In this document: positions 44,201-53,200 of the stretch, one piece after another
How the letters are laid out: every line of letters starts with the position of its first letter
Position numbering within the stretch: the first letter of the stretch is position 1
From: Obrimoposthia wandeli
Lineage: Eukaryota
Length of the DNA stretch: 64,000 nt
Direction of reading: 5' to 3'
Assembly: GCA_977020255.1 (NCBI GenBank)
Contig: CDROCS010002570.1
Location: 806,001 to 870,000, forward strand
Position numbers and translations under genes: made by a program
The notes under the pieces: generated by a model
Database searches by the model: none
The model's input: the letters and a program-made list of their open reading frames with translations, nothing else
Told to the model about the DNA's origin: nothing

Positions 44201-47200
44201 ATTACAAAACAAAATGAAAACTGCCCGAAACATTTATCATCACATAAAAATTTCAATGGGCTTAGTGTTGTAAAATAAAAGGTTTTCTACCAAATAAAGT
44301 AAGTATATATCTGTAAAAATGTTTTATGTGACTTTCATTAGATAATTTTAAAGCCTTTTTACGGTTACTGCATTCTTAAATCAAAGTGTTAGTATAATAA
44401 ACAAAAAAATATAATATAAATACGAACAAATAATGTATGTATGTCATTTCCTCTTTAAAAAATCCAGATCAATTGATTTTGATTTTCTTTCGTAAAACGT
44501 ATTCGTAATGATTCAAGTTAATTCATACAACTTCAATTCCTAGTAATACATGAAATACCGAGAAAATTTTGCATTTTATTTATTATATATTGATTAATAA
44601 TTAACACAACAAATCTCAAAATATCTGACTTACCCCTTTAAATTTATTTGTATTCTTTCTCCACATATCCCATCCGTCTCGTTTTGTATCGAGCAGAACC
44701 ACTGCATATCATTAAATAGATATATAGAGATAGTAAAATCAAAAATATTATAAACAATTCTAAAACAATTCCAAATTATTCATTAAGTATTACATATGTT
44801 TCAATAAGATAGTGATTTACTTAATTTTTTTAGTGAATTTACAAAATGAATTCCCTATATTTATAAATTGACATTTTTTATAGAAAATTAAACAGTTATT
44901 AACATGTAATTTTATATTAATTATAATTTTATCAATTGTTTCATTTGTTTTACAAATAAATATATTTTCCTTTATTTTTGTACGTAATTGTAAAAAACTC
45001 ATTTTAAAAAAGTAGTAAAGTTTTCAGTTGCTGCTTGAAATTTTACACATTTTTACTGTTTCTTTTGTTCGTAGGTAAATTGTTATAATGATTCGAAGTA
45101 CAAAGTTTATATATTAGACATTTATGCTTTTATGAGAGAATACATTAATAGAATCTTGACTTCAATTCTGGTATTGTTCATTTGTACTAGCACTTTTCTT
45201 TTATTTGAATATAATTCTGAGGGCTTTATAGAGTGAAAGTTTTGAACATACACATTATCTACACACAGATGGTGCCAAGATTCTGAACGATGACCAGAAA
45301 GAGCAGCACATCCAGGTCTGTCAAGTAATGTAAAGATGCGTGTTGAAAAATTCCTTATCGGTGATTACACTAAGACCTGGAAACCAAACGCCAGAACATT
45401 CAGTGAGAGAGTCTCGGATTGCCAAGACTGAAGAAAGCAAGACAATCAAACCCTCAAATCAAAACCATGTTAGTCGTGTTCTTCTGTTGAGTATACGAGC
45501 AACTAGCCTGCTTCGTTCAGTGCGCGAGAAGATACACTATTTGCAGTTCTTCTCATCTGGTCTGCATTGTTGTGACTTGTTCCCTTTTCCTTAACTTCAA
45601 GGAGACATTAGGTAACAATGCAGCCATCAAGACAGCAGGGTCAGAGGATCTTGAGAGAATCCTTCCAGTGGTGCATGTAAGCTTAGCCAAGGAGGGGAAA
45701 TGTGTAATTTGTAGTTGGAACTTGAATTAATTATGATGTGAATCCAGTTTTGTTACTTCTCTGACATACCTTGTATATGTACCTTTGCAGAAAAAGAAGG
45801 TTAAAACAAAAAAATGTATTCCGTCTATTTTGGAAAGTGTAACTATTTTCATTTTATAAGAAGCCCGTTCGTCTTATTTGATTTGCTTTTTTACAGAATA
45901 ATTTAAAGTAAATTAAACTACAATTGCCTAATCTTAATAAACAATATTTTGGCGTTTCATTGCGAGGTTGTGGCAATTCACCAACACAGAAAATATCTTA
46001 GTATTGAAAAGAAACTGTTCAACTCTACGAAACGTATGTGGTCGATAATTAGGTGGCAGTTGGTTATCAGGAAGGCCATATTGGTCAAGATTGATCTCGC
46101 AAAGATGGAGACGAACTAATTAGGATAATTGAGCCACATATAAAGTAAGACACGACCTCAGGTGACTGAAGATTACAGATTGATACGCAGATTACAACAT
46201 GCTCGACGCAATATAGAAATGTGTGGAATTTCAGAGCTATGTAGTCTAGAATCTCGTGTGAAATCTAAAAAATAATCATGAGTAAAAATGCATCTAAACG
46301 TAGGTTTTAATAAATCCATAATTTTTATTTTGTACACATTAATTCGTTAAATACGGAATGTTTTGAATAAACGGGTTTGTGAAATTTCACAATAACTTTT
46401 CAATTTTAACATCAAAATCCCTTATTAAAATTCATTTTAAATTTTATTTTTTGGGCATAATGAAACCTAGCCTACATTAGAAATCCCATACGAGCGACAA
46501 ATATATCATATGAAACCTTCGTTCTCCGTGGCTATTAATATAATTTTTATAGAACAAAAGAACATGATTGCGTATCTTTATTTGATAAATATTAGATAAT
46601 TTTCCCACAACTTCACTTTAAACTTCGATTTAATCATCCACTTCGTTGCAATAGTCGTTAAAACAATCAACAACAAAACACATTTTCATAAACGTGCAAA
46701 CTTCACGTCATAAACTTAATTAAGCTTCTCTTTCCGTTTTTGTTGTTGTTTCTACCTTGCCTCTTTATTCATATTTGCTCTATTAATGTATAAAATTTGG
46801 AAATATATTATTTAAATTACCTTACCGTACTCACAGATTCATCTGAAACGTCAAATAACACATAAAAACTGTATTTTCTTCATTTTCTATGTTCATATTC
46901 AATTTTCGTTATGGCATTCATTTTGTTTCTCTGTCCTATATATTAAAATCATACAAAAAAGTATGTTAGTGTATGTATGCGCCTATATATTTATGTTGAA
47001 TGGTAAATTTTTATTAGCGTGTTTATCGTTTATTTAATTTTATTATAGGTTATGGTATTCAGTTTTACCAAGGTAATTAATCTGTGTTTTATGGCATCAT
47101 TGACTTTTTAGAGATACTGGTTTCATTGGTAAGTTTTACTATAAATTATTATTAATTCCATTCTTATACTATAGATTTTAAGCCAGAATTTTACAACAGC

Positions 47201-50200
47201 TTGGATTAGGTGAAATTATTAATTTATTTTATATCGATGAGTCATACACACAAATAATTGATTATTAGAGTAAGTTTAATTACATTGAAATTGTCATTTT
47301 TAAATGTAGAATTGTAATTAGTTGAAATTATCATATCTTGGTATTTTCATGGATTTTATTGATGTTTCGGGTTTCTGAAGCACAATCGAAAACTGAACTC
47401 GCTAAAAGAAGGTAATCTTGATTCATCTGAAATGGTTCGCAGAAGCACTTTCGCGGAAGTAAACTGAAGATAATTGAAGCACTGAGTAGCACAAGTTAGC
47501 TCAATTATTGTAATTGAATTAATTGGTAATTTGCATAATATAATTTGTTTGATAATGTAACTGCAAAAGACTGCGCAGAGGCAAGTAATGAGTTTCTGGA
47601 GATTAAAGCAGAAGTTGATGCACGATTTCGGTTTGAGCAACATATATGATCTATAGAGCCTGATTCAAAATGATTTAGTCGATAGTTGCATGTTGTAGAC
47701 AGTTATAAGCTGACACTTCTCATCAATTTCCACACAACAGATTGATTATTCGCCTACATGAACATGGTTTCAAAATTCGACCGTTTCAGTTTTCTGTCTA
47801 AAAAGTGGACTTCAGATAAACTGGATATATAAACAATTCAAAAAGGTTTCATAAAGATCTTAGAGTGCGGGAAGGTAAGTTAAGTAATATATTTCCCTAT
47901 TTTATACATAAATAGAATCAGGAGGCAAGGTAGAAACAAAAAACAGAAAGTTTTAGGGTAAATTTTGTTAAATTTAATATTTTTTAGGATATCTATAAAG
48001 TACAAAGATATCTAGTGGACGCCTATCTGAATGGCGGGGAGAGTGATTATTTCCTTTAGGCACGGCAATTGGCAATCAATAAACACAACACGATATATAT
48101 AACAGTTTTTTACAGGCAAACAAAGGAAATTACAAGTTCCAGAAACGGATCGAAGCACAAGATCACATAGGCAGCCTGGGACTTGTCATTGAACGTGTTG
48201 TATTGAACTTGTTATAAATACTTTTTTTGTTAAATTTGTTTTTTTTATTTAAATGTTGAAGGTTTTCAGTAAAACTATTCCAAAAGGTTCCTAGAAACCA
48301 TTATTATCAAAGAATTAAAATGCATAATCACATTTTTCTTGGGGGACATTTTTTCGTCTTTGTTGTACAAATTGATATCCAGTGGTTGAAATTCAGTTTT
48401 ACAGCTGTGATAATCAATTTGATTAGCTGTAATAGCTGAATAAATAAGGACCCGAAGTTAAAATCATGATATTAAGATGGCCCGTTCGAGTAACAGGTGT
48501 ATGCAGCTGTTAGATTATGAACTTACACTGCTTACAACTTTTTATTTAAATCGGTCATTTTAAGTATAGTGTATTGAGTCATTTGTTATTCAGTAGTCAA
48601 CATTTACTTCGACATTTGCCTAAATTAAGGTCAAATTCCTGAAATCAATTATAACTCCATTAAACCCACGTCTGATCGATGAAGTTTATGTGAGTAGGTG
48701 GATATGTCCGGTCTAATCCCCCTCCCAGAAATAACTGAAATATTAACAAGACCAAATTGAGACAAACTTCGATCAGAAAAGGTATCTAAAAAAGGGGACC
48801 GGGAATTCCATATGATGTTTCAGCCAATTGTAACAGAATATCGATTATAATGGTTTTATGATATTATACCCAATCATGACAGTGCTGGAATAAGTCAACT
48901 TCGATTTTTTTCCTGACATGTTTGAACTACATTAAGGTGTTTGTAACAAACTATATTTGTCTTGAAACATGACTAGATTGACACTGCATCAAATAGCACT
49001 TTCTGGGAATAAAATTGCTCAATCAATACTAATGTGCTTTACAGTATAAGTCTTTTTCCAGTATTCCTTTTGTTCATATATCTTCATGGTTTGCTTTCTT
49101 CTGAAAAGTTTATCTTTCACATACTATGTAGTACAAATGAATTAAAAGTTTAATAAAATCCAACATTTGAAATCCCTTTTTGAAATCCCACAGGGCATTG
49201 TTATTGGAACTCATTTGATTGGAATTTTGCATTATTATCTCATTTGTTAAGTTTATGATATATGAAATTATATGGTTATTTAAGATTTAAAAATTTAATC
49301 TTTAGTAGGTTGTTGAGTTCGTCAAAAAATGTTACTATTTTAAAAGTTACAATATTTGTTAAATAAATGCTTTAACAATAAATTTTAATTTCAAAATAAT
49401 TCAAAAATTTTAATATCATTACTTTTTATTTATTTACATGAACAATTACTACAAATTATTTATTAATATAACCTTTATACATAAACATAAAATATGATTC
49501 TTTCAAAATCAGGTATTTAGCAGTTATGAATTATAAAAATGACATCTTATAAATATTTGCATTTATTTAATATTTATTATTTTAATATTCTGAGGTTCCA
49601 GTTGGGATTTTTCTGTTGTTATATATTTATTGATTTGTTTCTTTAAGTGAAATGTGTAACAAATGTAACTTATATTTTAAATTGAAATTAATAATTGCCT
49701 AATAGATATTTTTCAATAATTATGTAATCCTCAGTAACATACATGTATGAAACTCTTCGATTCATAAATGAACAGCATATATAATTTAAGTCATGAGCAG
49801 CATATAAATCACTGATAATTGTCGGTTTCCGGTGCACGAAAAGAAGAAGAAAAACAATTAAATTCGGGTATTCGGCAATCTACGGTTGAAATATCGAGTG
49901 GAAACGTCCACGAGTAGCCGCAGGAGCCCAAGCCAGAGTTGCAACAGCACTTAATTGCTGCTACAAGCATCAGTTGAGGGCAACAATGCAAACACAATGG
50001 AGGACAGCGGAAGACGGGGCGTGATTTTCCCACAACTCCCACAATATCAGTCGTTTTCCGGCTACGTTTCCCGTGATGGTGATCACATAATTTGGCCCAA
50101 ACTGTCTCCCGATAATGTTCTATATGCAGCTGTGTAGCAACTGTCAACAAATTGACAACTGATGCAGCTGCTCAGCTGTACACTGTGCAAATTTATAAAG

Positions 50201-53200
50201 CTGTAAATAATTGTTTATATAGAAATCAGAAGTAATTTTTTAACGAAATTTGCTTCATTATTAGTTTAATTTCATTACGCTCATATATAATCAGCTCTAT
50301 TGTTACTTTTTAATTTTTATGTTGCTTCATATACAAACTTTTGTCATATTTTATGTTTCAAAGATCTGTTTAGGCTGTTTGGATCAAACTACTTGGACAG
50401 AAAACCCGCTCTGAGTCTGACTAATCCAACTGCTGTAACTTTGGACATTTTAACGGGTAATTTTCAGATTAGGTATATCATCTGAATAATAATTTTAAAG
50501 CATTTTTTGAAACGGTACGAAAATATAAATTGCACAATATTAGTAAATACCAAGATTTTATAGAAACCCAGAATTCGTATATTTGGTCGTAAAAATGGTT
50601 TATTTATCCAAGAATCTCCCTCAGGGTCCCTATTTACCTCACAACTCGGTTACTGCAAATTAGAGAAATATGTGAAACCACTCTTCAGGATTGCCCGAAT
50701 GCATTGTTATTTCTGTTGAAACAATGTCGAGAAGAGTATTGGAAAAATAATTAAATTTTGTAATAAATTAGTTTTGATCCATTGCGGACTATAAAAATTA
50801 ATTATTCTGGATTTTTGATTTGTTTTAGATGCGCTGTCAGTGCTGTTAATCAAACCGATTGCACGTGAATGACAAAGTTCGAGGGGCCTTTTTTTGTTGA
50901 TGAAGTAAAAATAGCAAAGACAACAAGTATCACAACCATTGACTTACTTTTATCATATAATTCTAGGATGAGAAGCGCATTTAAAGTCAAACTGTAAAGT
51001 TATTTTGGAAAAGAAAACATCTAAAAATGAGTGAAGCTCACACACTGAACGATTCGAGCTGTATAACAGACGCCATCCAAAAAGAGTTAAGTATCACTTT
51101 CTCGAGCATTCGAACTCAGCACAGTTATGACTCTAAATTAAATCGACTGTGACTGATTTTATCAGAGTAGTTTCCTTATCTGTAAGGGATTTACATAATT
51201 TGTAATAGAGTTCAAAAACAATAAAATAATTAATTGTAAACTGTTGAATATTTTGTTTAACCTTCAACCTTGAGGTAGAAATCTGGATAGGCCCTCCAGT
51301 AAGAACTCATGGAAAGTGAAACAACTCTAGCTCCAACACACGCATAAGACATTTCAACAATATGTTTATGTATGCGACTATGATTATTTAACTTGAATTG
51401 AAATAATCTTATCTTGAATACTCAGTGTTTTGTATTTAAATTTTGGGGTATTAAATTTCAATTAAATCGCTAACTCTAGCTCTAAGATCAGTTGCACTTT
51501 TGTTGTGTAAAGTTGTAGCACAGTGACAGTGACATGTTTATACTTCTATGTCAGTCGTATACATCCTTTCTGCAATGAGAGATAGAGATACAGATCGCAT
51601 TTGCAATTGTATACAGAAAGAAGAAGCTGACACGCGCGATACAAGCCTATCATTTCTTGTGCCGCCAGAGGAGAACTGATCATTGTTCTAGCAGTGACTC
51701 ATGCTGCAGTCGGCAAGGCTGATGTAATCGCAATGCAACCTCATCCCGTACCCGGGACTAGGCAGACAAAGCGGATCTTGATGGAGTGCTCATCTCGAGG
51801 GGAGCAATACAAATGTATCAGCCACAAAATCCAGCGATGCTGATTCTGTTTTTGTTTTGAAGCACATTTATCGTTTCCCATCGATCTGCAAAACATGATA
51901 TAGCAATTTAACTGCACTAAGGTCAAAGAATTAGGCATTATCATGAAAATAAGAATCACGATCTAAAGACAATGGATTCGATTGCCGTCTTCTTTTAGAC
52001 TCTACTCGAACAAAGACTGATAGACAGGGGGCCGTGCTCATCTTTGCAAAGGGATCTAAAGATCAAAAGTATAATAGTTCCTGCTTATAAATGAAAGAAT
52101 AATACAATGAGTTCTTCTTATTCTAAATCAACTCAAATAAATGAAGTAACAGAAATTAACATCTGCACAATTTTATATCGTGGATATTCTGATGGTAAAA
52201 GAAATTATCCGATTGCAGAAATATGAAAGACTAAGTGATTATTATGGCGAATGAGGATGGAAAATTTAGTGGAAGATTTTTTATCGGAACAAGATTTGTT
52301 TTTGAGTTGAAAATTATGGGGTTAGTAATACTAAATAAAATACTTCGCTTATTAAATTTATTAAATTGAACAATGAAGCAAAATGTACACGTTATATTTC
52401 AAAATTATCAATAAAAATGTCCAAAAACACTAAATTAATTATTATATAACATTTAGGATTCCATCAAATATTTTTACTGCCATCGCCTTTGCAACTACTG
52501 GCAAATCATTAAGGCTGCCTACCGATTAATTATTCCGATTTCTAATTACTTTAATCAGACAATTTAAAATGAAACATTGGATTTTCCTGGAATATTGAAT
52601 GACTTTTGCAATCTAATAGATAATTATTCCATTAGATTTAAAGTTAACTTCGATTAGATGCTAAAGCCATTTGCACTTCTCTTGTGGTACAGAACTTATT
52701 TTACATAATAACAAAACATAATTAATATGGCACTAATTATCAGATTTTCTGTTTAACAAGCTACATGTAATGAGCTGTTGTATAAGTTGAGGTTTCTAAT
52801 AAACTAGATCCTTGCACGGAGGCTTCCAACGTCAGATGTACGTGGCCTACCTATTCTTGCTTTACTGAATCGTAGTCTCAATATCTTGTATATTTCTAAG
52901 GTTAAAATTTTAGTATAATTAATTGTTATTATTGATTTTATTTAATTTTCATTAGTCTCATATGTAACCGCTCATAGAAAATATTTAAAAAACATAATTT
53001 ATCTATAATTGTTGGATATGTGAATTATGTACTTATTAGTGTTAGTGTTCTCTAAAAGTATTAAAAGGACAAATTCCCATGTATCCTCAACTCACTAAAC
53101 AATTTTAAACAACCTGTAGATAATATGTAAATATTTGTGGCTAACCACAAAGCGAGGGGAAAGAGTAATTAGAACAAAAAGCTTTGATTATTGATAAGCA

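Noticed and set aside
48116-48195. Plus-strand exon-like segment (ANKGNYKFQKRIEAQDHIGSLG)
   Set aside because: Weak donor; joining it to the 40596 candidate gives a premature stop; no recognisable homology.
49880-49950. Leu-rich minus-strand stretch VLLQLWLGLLRLL as the Eph signal peptide
   Set aside because: No in-frame ATG (TAA directly upstream) and a poor donor (gtagat); the 55151 candidate fits better.
49955-50137. Plus-strand ORF ending in an ITIM-like VLYAAV*
   Set aside because: In-frame stop immediately upstream, no good acceptor and no partner exons; the motif overlaps the E-box CAGCTG.
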